A DNA stretch of 18,497 nt. Source: Macrostomum lignano. Taxonomy: Eukaryota. Positions 1 through 9,900 of this stretch are shown piece by piece; positions within the stretch are counted from its first letter, which is position 1, and every line of letters starts with the position of its first letter. The notes beneath the pieces are model-generated. The model was not told where the DNA came from. It searched no databases and saw only the letters and a program-made list of their open reading frames with translations. The DNA lies in assembly GCA_002269645.1 (NCBI GenBank), contig NIVC01005243.1, positions 1 to 18,497 on the forward strand. The letters are read 5' to 3'. A program made the translations under genes and the position numbers.

Positions 1-790
1 GTTAAACGACTGTATTGTCTGTTTAGAGGCTGTATTGTCTGTTAAACGACTGATTGTCTGTTTAGAGGACTGTATTGTCTGTTAAACGACTGTATTGTCT
101 GTTTAGAGACTGCATTGTTGAAGAGTATTGTCTGTTTAGAGACTGCATTTCTGTTTAGAGACTGTATTGTCTGTTTAGAGACTGTATTGCCTGTTTAAGA
201 CTGTATTGTCTGTTTTAGAGGCTGTATTGTCTGTTAAACGACTGTATAGAGACTGTATTGCCTGTTTAGAGACTGTATGTCTGTTTAGAGGCTGTATTGT
301 CTGTTTAGAGGCTGTATTATCTGTTAAAACTGTATTGTCTGTTTAGAGACTGTATTGCCTGTTTAGAGACTGTATTGTCTGTTTAGAGGCTGTATTGTCT
401 GTTAAACGACTGTATTGTCTGTTTAGAGGCTGTATTGTCTGTTAAACGACTGTATTGTCTGTTTAGAGCTGATGTCTGTTAAACGACTGTATTGTCTGTT
501 TAGAGGCTGTATTGTCTGTTAAACGACTGTATTGTCTGTTAAACGACTGTATTGTCTGTTTAGAGACTGCATTGTCTGTTAAAGGCTGTATTGCCTGTTT
601 AGACATTGTATTGTCTGTTTAGAGACTATATTGTCTGCTTAAGGCTGTATTGTCTGTTTAGAGGCTGTATTGCCTGTTTAGAGGCTGTATTGTCTGTTTA
701 GAGGCTGTATTGTCTGTTTAGAGGCTGTATTGCCTGTTTAGAGGCTGTATTGCCTGTTTAGGGATTGCATCATTGTCTGTTAAAGGCCTG
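1..790. repeat. Minisatellite I, array 1 (20-bp unit GACTGTATTGTCTGTTTAGA, about 39 copies; runs off the window start)
   Basis: Direct tandem repetition with GAGGC/GAGAC/AAACGAC variants and many small indels in 50-290. Confidence 0.97.
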
Positions 791-837
791 TATTTATTCT
801 GTAATTTCTACTTTAAGTACTGTTACATTTATGTCCT

Positions 838-961
838 ATGAGTATAAGGAGGAACTTACGAAACATTCCTCGTAAATAGGATTTACTCAATGCACTCTCT
901 CAGGGCTATCAGTTCATTGAGACTCTACGCGACTTTGATTTCACTCTCAGCCATCAGACGC
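838..961. repeat. 124-bp duplicated element, copy 1 (downstream of the RPA-like gene)
   Basis: Aligns without gaps to 6044-6167 with 12 mismatches (about 90% identity, counted by hand). Confidence 0.95.
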
Positions 962-995
962 TCGGTCAAAAAAGTGGCGCGCCAACTGTGGCAAC

Positions 996-1130
996 TCACT
1001 GATACGAAGTGCTGTTCTGTACGCTGTGATCATCGAACGACATTCTGCTCGACTCATCCTGACCGTCGACACCTCCACTGCGGTGAAACTGACTCCGGTC
1101 ATCACCCGTCGACACTCGTCTGTATCGAAT
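996..1130 (-). CDS. Possible terminal exon of the RPA-like gene
   Basis: Strong acceptor TTTTTTTCTTCTCGCAG| at 1131. A phase-0 splice from the donor at 1382 gives IRYRRVSTG...STSYQ* (stop at 996). No recognisable domain; another frame is also open to 947. Confidence 0.4.
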   Translation of the reverse strand: MRYRRVSTGDDRSQFHRSGGVDGQDESSRMSFDDHSVQNSTSYQ

Positions 1131-1358
1131 CTGCGAGAAGAAAAAATTTATAAGGATATAAAATATGCGTAACAAGAAAGTCCTATTAAGCATGAATACA
1201 TAAAAGCAACACAATAAGTACTGTTCTCTTTGCTATTCAATTTGCGATTTTCAAAATAAATAGCTTAACTGAACACCTGTCTAACCTGGTAACCTAACAA
1301 ACTTTATTATATTTAATCTTAATACTAAAAGTGGTGCGTTGTTTGTCTGTATAATCAA

Positions 1359-2567
1359 CTAAATTTGTAGAAAATCACTCACCTTTTTGCCATTTCCGAA
1401 GTCCCTCACAATTTCCTTCGAGTGTTTGTCATAAAACTCAAACAAGGCAGCAGGCTCCCGAATTATGGTCACACTTTCGTCTCCAATCTCATCAGCACCA
1501 AGTCCTGGAGTAGGCACTGGAGCGGGCACAGGTTCAAACCGGGTATCGCCTTCCTTTGCATTCCTATACCAGTCAGCCAAGACTCTGGCTTCACCATCGT
1601 CACTGTTGCATTTTACGTCAGAGTTCGAGCATCCCAACGTGACGGAGCCCGAATACTCCTGCACCTTTGCTCTTCTTATGGACAAAACATCGCCGATGTT
1701 CCACCTGTCCACTTGAGCTGAGGACGAACCCCAAAACGTGCAGCTTACAGAGCCGAAGGTTCGGTCAACCAAAGTCACTTTGGCTACGTTAACCTTTTTC
1801 CCAGCACGCGTTCGGACTTCTTCAGACGGTTGCCTGGCGTCGATCACTCCAAGCACATCGACGATTCTGATAGTGAAAGGGAGCAAAGGGACTTTTTTTA
1901 ACTATTTGCACACTAACTTAAGCATCACATTAGATTTCTATTTGTACACTAACAGGAGCATCATGAAGCTAATAACCCAGGCTTCGTACAGTGTTGCGAT
2001 GATAAATATTTTCAAACACAAGACAAACTAACTGTCACCCAAAAACACGATTACATGTACTTTCACTCCGCGATATTTGAGCACTAATACATGACGAAAA
2101 CTACTAAATCAATTAGTCACTCACCTGTCCAATCCAGTCTGTTGCAGTTGATTAATGCTAGTGTAATCAATTACTGGATCTCGAGCAACCGGCACTTCGT
2201 TGCTTCTATAGATGAAGCCCTTGGAATCCACGGAAACGGTCATCTCAAGTGGATTGTCCGTACACTTGTACTCTGGCTTGGCAGTCTTCACCATCCCGCC
2301 GGATATGCGAACGGCTTCAGCATCGTTGCATACTTCCCAGATAGCTTGCAAATCCTTACCGAAGACGCTGACTCGCATCTCAGATGAGTCGTCCACCAAG
2401 ATGAACGAAAACACTTGGCCCTGACCTTTGTTGTTATTATACGTGTGAACGTCTTTCAGGTTCGTCACAAGGCCAGTGACAGGCGTAGGCATTTGCCCAA
2501 CTGTCAGACCGGCAATCCCATCCTTCTTCGACTTCTTTTTCAAAGGTGACTCTGAATAAGAGGCCAT
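1359..2567 (-). CDS. RPA70-like ssDNA-binding protein with two OB folds (DBD-A and DBD-B like); spliced, 3' end uncertain
   Basis: Exon 1 is 2567-2125 (MASYSESPLKKKSKK...VTNLKDVHTYNNNKGQGQVFSFILVDDSSEMRVSVF) and ends AG|GTGAGT. Intron 2124-1867. Exon 2 starts at 1866 in frame (R|IVDVLGVI...LVD...CTFWG...RAKVQEYSG...VLADWY). It ends either at the read-through stop at 1359 or at the AAG|GTGAGT donor (1382) spliced to a downstream exon such as 1130-996. Resemblance to RPA70 was judged from memory of the family. Confidence 0.87.
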
Positions 2568-2639
2568 TTTGCACAAAATATTATTCAACAATTGAAAAAA
2601 GAACTGATAAAAAGTATCAATCAAACTTTTTCTAAGCAA

Positions 2640-3390
2640 TGATAAGCTTTAACTGTAAGACAACAAAATTGGCTCAACAAATCACAAGCTATATATATGT
2701 AGAAATAAAAGTAGCCACGAAAAAAACACCACCTCCCCTCCAGCCCAGTACATTGTACTCAATTTTGCATTCATTTTTACTTTATTACACAATCTAATTG
2801 GCTGGACACACAACCCAACCCAATCACTCCAGTGCCCAGCATTAAAGCACACACTGCACCCTCTGATGTACGCTAAGGTCTCCTCACTTTTCTCACCTAA
2901 TCCTTTTGTTTGTTTGCTATCTCGTTTTATGGTGACACAATTCTCACCGACTGACTCAGCAAGTGTAGGCAATACTTTAAGAGTTCGCGGCCGCGTGTAC
3001 TTCACTGCACAAACAAAACTTGTATGGCGCGGCTGACTGGTTGAGCCATTTTCGCACCTTCTAAGCCGGGAAAGAAAAATAGGCGACCCTCCTCAAGTCA
3101 GGCTGCATGGCCACCAGTACGCTAGACAATTTTTAGGCCAATCGCCGCTCTAAAGCCCTGACCTGCACAACCGACCAATAGGAAGCCTCAGACTTGTACA
3201 GAAAACCACCGTAAGGCTCAGCGAAGCGACGACGCACAACCCATAACCCCTAATTTTATTCGCCCCTACACCTCAGTTTCAGTGCCTATATAGTCTGATA
3301 TAGTCTGATTCATATATTTAGAGTCATATATTTCTATATTAGAGTCTCAACAAATCATATTTTCTCAATCAAATCATCAACAAATCAACA
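2640..3390. promoter_or_regulatory. Putative bidirectional promoter between the RPA-like gene and the zinc-knuckle gene
   Basis: About 820 bp separate the divergent ATGs (2567 minus, 3391 plus). CCAAT motifs on both strands (about 2795, 3139, 3175) and TATA-like stretches (about 2690, 3286). The motifs are short and could occur by chance. Confidence 0.35.
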
Positions 3391-4003
3391 ATGCATATTA
3401 CACAAATATTTGGTGGCGGCGGCGGCGGTAGGCGAGGCGGCGGTCAGCGCGGCGGCTGGCAGCGCGGCAGGGGCGGCCCACGCGGAAAGAGCAGTGAGTA
3501 CCTTCCTAAGACACTGTAAATCTTGTGCTTTGAGTACATTCGAGTATAGTCTTAAATTTTATCTAATTGTAGCCTGTTACTGACTTTCATGCTACTCGTA
3601 TTATTACTGATAAATTTTGCAAAAATTTCCCTTCTTTTAATTGCCAGTCGTTTGTTTCTTCTGTGGAGGCCGCCACCGCGTTGCCAGCTGCAACGCGATG
3701 AAGGCCGCCGCCCGCCTTCTGCAGCAGCAACAGCAGCAGCAACAGCAGCAGCAGCAGCCGCAGCAGCAGCCGCAGCAACAGCAGCAGCCGCAGCAACAGC
3801 AGCAGCATCAGCAGCCGCAGCAACAGCAGCAGCATCAGCAGCCGCAGCAACAGCAGCAGCAGCAGCCGCAGCAACAGCAGCAGCATCAGCAGCCGCAGCA
3901 ACAGCAGCAGCATCAGCAGCCGCAGCAACAGCAGCAGCAGCAGCCGCAGCAGCAGCAACAGCAGCCGCAGCAACAGCAGCCGCAGCCAATGAATGAATTG
4001 TAA
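3391..4003 (+). CDS. Two-exon gene, 152 aa: Gly/Arg-rich (RGG-like) segment, CCHC zinc knuckle (CX2CX3HX4C), polyQ/P tail
   Basis: ATG at 3391 gives MHITQIFGGGGGGRRGGGQRGGWQRGRGGPRGKS. Donor A|GTGAGT at 3494, acceptor CTTCTTTTAATTGCCAG| at 3647. Phase 1 matches and gives ...GKSIVCFFCGGRHRVASCNAMKAAARLLQQQ...PMNEL*, stop TAA at 4001-4003. 103+356=459 nt. Confidence 0.72.
3722..3987 (+). repeat. CAG/CAA/CCG/CAT trinucleotide-derived repeat (polyQ with P/H; 27-bp QQPQQQQQH sub-unit)
   Basis: Directly visible; read as polyQ in the spliced frame. Confidence 0.95.
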
Positions 4004-4089
4004 ATTCCAAAATAAACTATGACTTTTTTGACTTTTGATTAAAATCCGCGATAGACTTATTTATTTTTTTGGACTTTTGAAACAATGGC

Positions 4090-4309
4090 GCACCAGTACA
4101 AAGTTTTGTGAACAGAATATTCTAATGCCATGAAATATTCAAAGTATAATTCATTCTCACCATAGCATGTCATGACAAAGAATGACCGTACATACACACT
4201 TACCATTTCATACTGGCTTACTTTGAAAGTAGAACAATACGAATCTGCATGAATAATTTCGCCGAACTATTAAACATTTCTAAGTTTTACGATTATTATA
4301 CACAGTACA
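4090..4309. repeat. About 220-bp dispersed repeat C, copy 1
   Basis: Shares TTTTGTGAACAGAATATTCT, TTCGCCGAACTATTAAACATTTCT and ACGATTATTATACACAGTACA, collinearly, with 18230-18448. Confidence 0.9.
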
Positions 4310-4914
4310 AAAAACTGTTTTATCCATTTTTAACTGCTATAACTAACAAAGAAGCAAACGGCGAATTAAATTTTAAACTATTAACAACCACAAATTGAAG
4401 TTTAAAAATTGAAACAAAAGTTAAACAAACACTTGTATTTATTCAAACAATATATGATCTGCTTCTGACTACTAACGCTGAGCAAGTTTAATATTTCGTA
4501 CAGATATTGAAAAATGTAATAATTAATTAACAAAAGGATAGACTGTCGCTTCAGCAGATGGTGCCATCGACAAGCAGCCAGTATAGCTTTAGCAGTACAA
4601 AAATGTACATGTATATGCCATCCTGACTACCTGCCGACTCGCGTCACTGCTCAATTGCATGCATTGGGTGTAAGCAAAGGTAGAGACATTCATTCTCAAA
4701 CCAAACATTAAGTCGCTCCGCTCTGCTTAAGGCTGCTACAGAGCTTGACTGCAAATGCTCCTTTTAGAGTCTGGAACCACAGGGTATATAGAGCAGCTCC
4801 TATACACCATTCACAAACTCTTTTAGCCCAGTTAAGATGCAGTCAACCTACTCTCAATGAGGGCTGCTTCATAAATTCCAATTATACATACATGTTTCAC
4901 CTGCTTATACCTGT

Positions 4915-6015
4915 ACTATTTCTGTTTACTGACTGTATTTTATGGTCTGTTCAGCGACTGTATTAGTGACTGCATTATTGTCTGTTTAGAGGCTGTATTG
5001 TCTGTTAAACGACTGTATTGTCTGTTAAACGACTGTATTGTCTGTTTAGAGGCTGTATTGTCTGTTAAACGACTGTATTGTCTGTTTAGAGGCTGTATTG
5101 TCTGTTAAACGACTGTATTGTCTGTTTAGAGACTGCATTGTCTGTTTAGAGACTGTATTGTCTGTTTAGAGACTGCATTGTCTGTTTAGAGACTGTATTG
5201 TCTGTTTAGAGACTGTATTGCCTGTTTAGAGACTGTATTGTCTGTTTAGAGGCTGTATTGTCTGTTTAGAGACTGTATTGCCTGTTTAGAGACTGTATTG
5301 TCTGTTTAGAGGCTGTATTGTCTGTTTAGAGGCTGTATTGTCTGTTTAGAGGCTGTATTGTCTGTTTAGAGGCCGTATTGTCTGTTTAGAGGCTGTATTG
5401 TCTGTTTAGAGGCTGTATTGTCTGTTTAGAGACTGTATTGCCTGTTTAGAGGCTGTATTGTCTGTTTAGAGACTGTATTGCCTGTTTAGAGACTGTATTG
5501 CCTGTTTAGAGACTGCATTGTCTGTTTAGAGGCTGTATTGCCTATTTAGAGACTGTATTGTCTGCTTAGAGGCCGTATTGTCTGTTTAGAGACTGTATTG
5601 TCTGTTTAGATACCGTATTGTCTGTCTAGTGACTGTATTGTCTGTTTAGGGACTGTATTGTCCGTTTAGAGACCGTATTGTCTGTAGAGACTGTATTGCC
5701 TGTTTAGAGGCTGTATTGCCTGCTTAGAGGCTGTATTGTCTGTTTAGAGACTGTATTGTCTGTTTAGAGACTGTATTGTCTGTTTAGAGACTGTATTGCC
5801 TGTTTAAAGGCTGTATTGTCTGTTTAGAGGCTGTATTGTCTGTTAAGAGGCTCTATTGTCTGTTTAGAGGCTGTATTGTCTGTTTAGAGGCTGTATTATT
5901 GTCTGTTTAGAGACTGTCTGCATAGTGACTGTATTATTGTCTGTTTATACCTGTACTACTATCTGTTTAGTGACTGTATGATCAGTGGCTGTAGTTTTGT
6001 CTGTTAAATGACTGT
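4915..6015. repeat. Minisatellite I, array 2 (same 20-bp unit, about 50 copies with degenerate edges)
   Basis: Same consensus as array 1, highly regular over 4975-5900. Confidence 0.97.
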
Positions 6016-6043
6016 ATATCATGTTCGTGTAAAACTGTTATAG

Positions 6044-6167
6044 ATGAGTATAAGAAAGAACTTATGAAACATCCCTCGTAAATAGGATTTACTCAATGTA
6101 CTCTCTCAGGGCTATCAGTTCATTGAGACTTCACGCGACTTTGATTTCATTCTCTACAGTCAGACGC
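6044..6167. repeat. 124-bp duplicated element, copy 2 (downstream of the RepHel stop)
   Basis: Aligns to 838-961; lies about 60 bp past the RepHel stop codon. Confidence 0.95.
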
Positions 6168-6225
6168 CAGACACTTCTCAAACACATCTCTTGGACTTGA
6201 ACTCACGAATAGCGTCCGAAAATGC

Positions 6226-6990
6226 TTAGTCTCCAGTCAGCACCTCTGGGTACACCACGTTCCTCGTCTTAGTTCCAGAAGTACGGACACGGACATTAGC
6301 AGCGTTCCTCGCTCGCGACAGAGCCGTATACAGCTGGCCATGAGTGAAGCAACCGACAGCGAGGTCCACGCCAACTGTGTCCAGAGACTGTCCCTGCGAC
6401 TTGTGGATCGTCAGGCAGAAGCTCGGCTTCACAGGGAACTGCAGCCGCTTGAAACTGACGGGGAGGTCCGCATTGCTTGGAATCAGCGGGATTCGCGGCA
6501 GAAGAATCTCGTCTCCCGTGAACTGGCCGGCGGCAATCTTGCATCTAAGCACGTTCTCGCCCATCGCGAGTATGATGAGCCGCGTACCATTGCACAATCG
6601 TGGCGGGTTGATGTTCCTGAGAAGAACTACTGGCATACCCTCCTTTAGCCTCAGCAAGTGAATCGGAAAGTTCGGGGCATCCAGCTGGTTGAGCAACTCA
6701 GGCGGGAAGTGCGTAGCGGCATCCTCATCGGCCACAGTGTCTATCGAGCGGTACTCCCGCAGGCTTCCGGGGAACATGCCCAGACACGTCTCATTGATGG
6801 CATCCACTGAGTCATTGTAAGGCGCCAGGATCGCTCGGCTTGCAAAGTAGCTGTCTCTCTCCACTGGTTCTTCAAACGATGGGTACACAAAATTGATTAG
6901 ATCAGTGAGAGGCCCTTCCGCAGAAATCACGATCTCGGCTGGCAGAGACACTTTCTCCTCCGCATCCTGCTTCATTGTTCCGGATCCGAT
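6226..6990 (-). CDS. RepHel exon 9: PIF1 helicase C-terminal motifs
   Basis: RAILAPYND, LRLKEGMPVVLLRNINPPRLCNGTRL, RIPLIP, RLQFPVKPSFCLTIHKSQGQSL, FTHGQLYTALSRA, TRNVVYPEVL. Acceptor CCACAG|ATC at 6991 and stop TAA at 6228-6226. Confidence 0.93.
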   Translation of the reverse strand: MGSGTMKQDAEEKVSLPAEIVISAEGPLTDLINFVYPSFEEPVERDSYFASRAILAPYNDSVDAINETCLGMFPGSLREYRSIDTVADEDAATHFPPELLNQLDAPNFPIHLLRLKEGMPVVLLRNINPPRLCNGTRLIILAMGENVLRCKIAAGQFTGDEILLPRIPLIPSNADLPVSFKRLQFPVKPSFCLTIHKSQGQSLDTVGVDLAVGCFTHGQLYTALSRARNAANVRVRTSGTKTRNVVYPEVLTGD

Positions 6991-9900
6991 CTGTGGAGGG
7001 TTAAAATGTCGAATATTTCATAACCTATACACACTTTTAAGCATAGACATTCCTAAATGACGCAAACTTAAAAAAATTGAGCTCAAAAACAAATCCGCGT
7101 CTAGTGTATCATTGTCAATCATTTAATAAACTGATGAAATCAGACTTACCTGCTTGAGTAGCTCGGTGTACATCTGATACGCTACAGAATCGGAACTGCT
7201 CAGCATCCGGATGTTTCTCGTCAGGCGATGCCGTTGGAAGTATTTCCACAGTGAGGATCGGCTAACACACGCCATGACACTGTTAGCACGAGTCCCATGC
7301 ACCACAACGGGTAGGAGCTGCCGGAAGTCACCAGCGCACACAAACACCAGTCCGCCAAATGGCGAGTCCTGCTTCCGCACATCTCGCAAGCACCGGTCGA
7401 CCGCCTCCAAATCCTTCCGGTTTGTCATAGAAATCTCGTCCCACACAATTAGACGCGCTGTGCGAAATACAGCAGCTTGTTTGGACTGCACTCCAACAGC
7501 GCACACGTCCTTGTTTGAGCGTAATACCCGAATTGGTATCTTGAACCTGACATGGAAAAATTTGGGTATCATACAGCAGAGGAAGTATTCACATATTTAC
7601 TTGTTTAATTATTCGTAAGTTACTAATAATTTACAAATTAAATATAAACAACTCACGTGGAATGCGCAGTTTGTCCACCTGGCAACAGAGTCGCTGCGAT
7701 TCCTGAAGCCGCAACGGCGAGAGCGACTTCACCCCGGCTGCGCACGAAGGCCAGCAAAACCTCCAGCAGGAAAGTCTTGCCAGTACCAGCGGGCGCGTCC
7801 AGGAAGTGCAAGCCGCCGTTGCCGCTCACAAGATCCTGAGTCACTGACTCGTACACGTCTTTCTGCTCGTCTGTCAGCATTGGTAAGCGTGCCTCAGTAA
7901 TCTGCGCTTGCTCAATCGTATCGAACTGCATCGGTCCATCTTGAGGCATCACGGAGGCCGCAGGCAAGCCGTACTCTGGCAGGCTTCTCCCACCCATGGA
8001 GGTCAGCATGCTCTGCAGCTCGCGGAGCGCTAGGTCAGTAATCTCCTCGGCACTTAAATCTCGATGGTGGAACCGCAGGTCCTCGCACATATCTTCGGCA
8101 AAAGAGCACCAAAGGTCGTTGCCATCCTCAGGCTCGCCCCATATGAGAATGACAGCCAGAATGTGTCTCAGGGCTCTTGGCATTCTTGACTGAACGGCCT
8201 CAGCTAGGCACCGCCGCCAGTGGTCATCTCGCTGCAGCAGACCAAGTGCCATGCAAGCAGCCTTGGCGCTCGGATGCACAACGCCGTCCACGGTCTGCAG
8301 CGCCTCGAAGCTGGTTGGTCCCTTGACTCGCAAAAGAAGCATGCGAACATAAAATAAATCACCAGTTCTTGGGCTCACCGTGTACATGCGTGCAACGTTT
8401 GTGTTCCGCACTACACCCGGGTGGCCATCGACTTTCGCGCCTCGCTTGGCCCGCCGCCACACTCTTTCACTGGCATGCCACACGAAGTAGGACGGCACCT
8501 CCGTGTAGAGCAAGGACCGAGCAAACTCGTCAGTACGGCACAGCTTGAAAAATGCTGTCAACGTAGAGTCCCTCGGCGTCCTGGCTCTAGCACTTGCGGT
8601 CTGCTCGTTGAAATACACGAGCTGCTCCTCCGACTTGTGAACGCAGAGCCGGATGACCGCCGGAAATCTGTCATGCACCTGATCAGAAGGTGGGAGAGAA
8701 ATAATCGCTTTTAAGTTTTTTCTGAATACAAAAAGCCACAGTTTTGCAATATTTACTCTTAAAATTTAAAATATTTATTACTTCAAAGCCCAAAATTGTA
8801 TTCACAGCTTCCATTGGGCCAATGTAGCGCGCAGACAGATACTCCTTGATTTCATCACGCGGCCTCTCTCCATCGTTTGCCGCTACCGTTTGCGTCGGCT
8901 GCTGACTACCCGCACTCTGTTCTGTCGCTTCAGCAGAATTCTGATTGGCATTGACTTTGAACGTTGCCATGTCGCCGCCCTTCAGCAAGTACTTGATCAC
9001 GTACTTGACCGACTTTACAGTGGCACAAACTTCAACGTTCATGTGGCACGCAAACTGGAGCAACAGTTCAGGGCTATAAGGCACAACCCACCTGTGGTTT
9101 AAGGAAAAAAACATTGTCAAACGTTTCCAACATAAAATACAAGAGGCACCTAATACTCATGACTCGCCTGTTGTCCATGCGAATGCTGCGGCCTTTGAAC
9201 AGTTTGTCCACTGTAAATCCACCCATCTCAGGCGACAGTCTGCGGTACAGTGGGTAGCCAGTATCGCTGGTCAGCGTCACCTGCTGGAACTCCTTCGGAA
9301 AGCCCTTGCTGCATTCGCCATTCTCCATGCACGGGCACGCTGGATTGTCCTTGCCACAAGGGCCATGGATCATGTGCGTTTTCACCAGCTCATACAGCAC
9401 AGGCTGCTGCTGTGGGTCCGGAATCTCGGCAGACACGATGTCATCGTATCGGTCCGGAGTCACCCGCTGGCCACTCGCTAGCCACAGCAGAAAGTGCACA
9501 TGGGGGAGACCTAAATTATCAAGAAAAGTATCAAGACATCTTTCAGTCCAATTATCCGATCTGTATCGAATTTGCATCACACAAACCCACCTGTATTTAG
9601 TATCTTTATAACGATATAACTATATAAATTTCATAAAACATAATACTGAGACTTGTACTCACCACGCTTTTGGTACTCTAGCGAGCAGACGTGCGCAGCC
9701 TCTTTCCCATAGCGCTTCGTTAGCTGGGCCAGCAGAGCTTTCTTCTTCATTTCAAAGACTCGGCTAACAATGTCCGGTCGGTGTTCAGCCCGCTGTCCAG
9801 GCAGCAGCTGGGCGCTGATCTCCGGCCAATTCGGATTGCATGTTGCCGTGACAAACAGGTCCGGCTTACCAAACTTGTGAACATAGGTCATAGCGTCCTG

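Noticed and set aside
1-790. Short regular repeats (also 4915-6015, 13971-14826, 15930-17226) as CRISPR arrays
   Set aside because: The units are contiguous with no unique spacers, there are no cas genes, and the context is eukaryotic and intron-containing.
2682-3005. ORF 2682..3005 (-) and ORF 4745..4966 (+)
   Set aside because: Non-ATG or weak starts, no domain, no splice support; they lie in intergenic sequence.
3552-4010. Poly-Ala and poly-Leu ORFs (3552..4010 -, 3587..3973 -, 3589..3996 +)
   Set aside because: These are alternative frames of the CAG repeat. Only the polyQ frame joins the upstream exon in phase and contains a zinc knuckle.
4556-4569. GATGG-TG-CCATC palindrome as a Helitron 3' hairpin
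   Set aside because: The stem is short with a 2-nt loop, and there is no CTRR at the expected distance.
6226-8678. Host PIF1/RRM3 helicase gene
   Set aside because: It is spliced in frame to HUH Rep motifs and Helitron-specific blocks, so it is a RepHel.
9158-9163. Canonical GT donor at 9163 for intron 5
   Set aside because: It gives phase 0, incompatible with the phase-2 acceptor at 9092, and breaks the DNRWVVPY motif.
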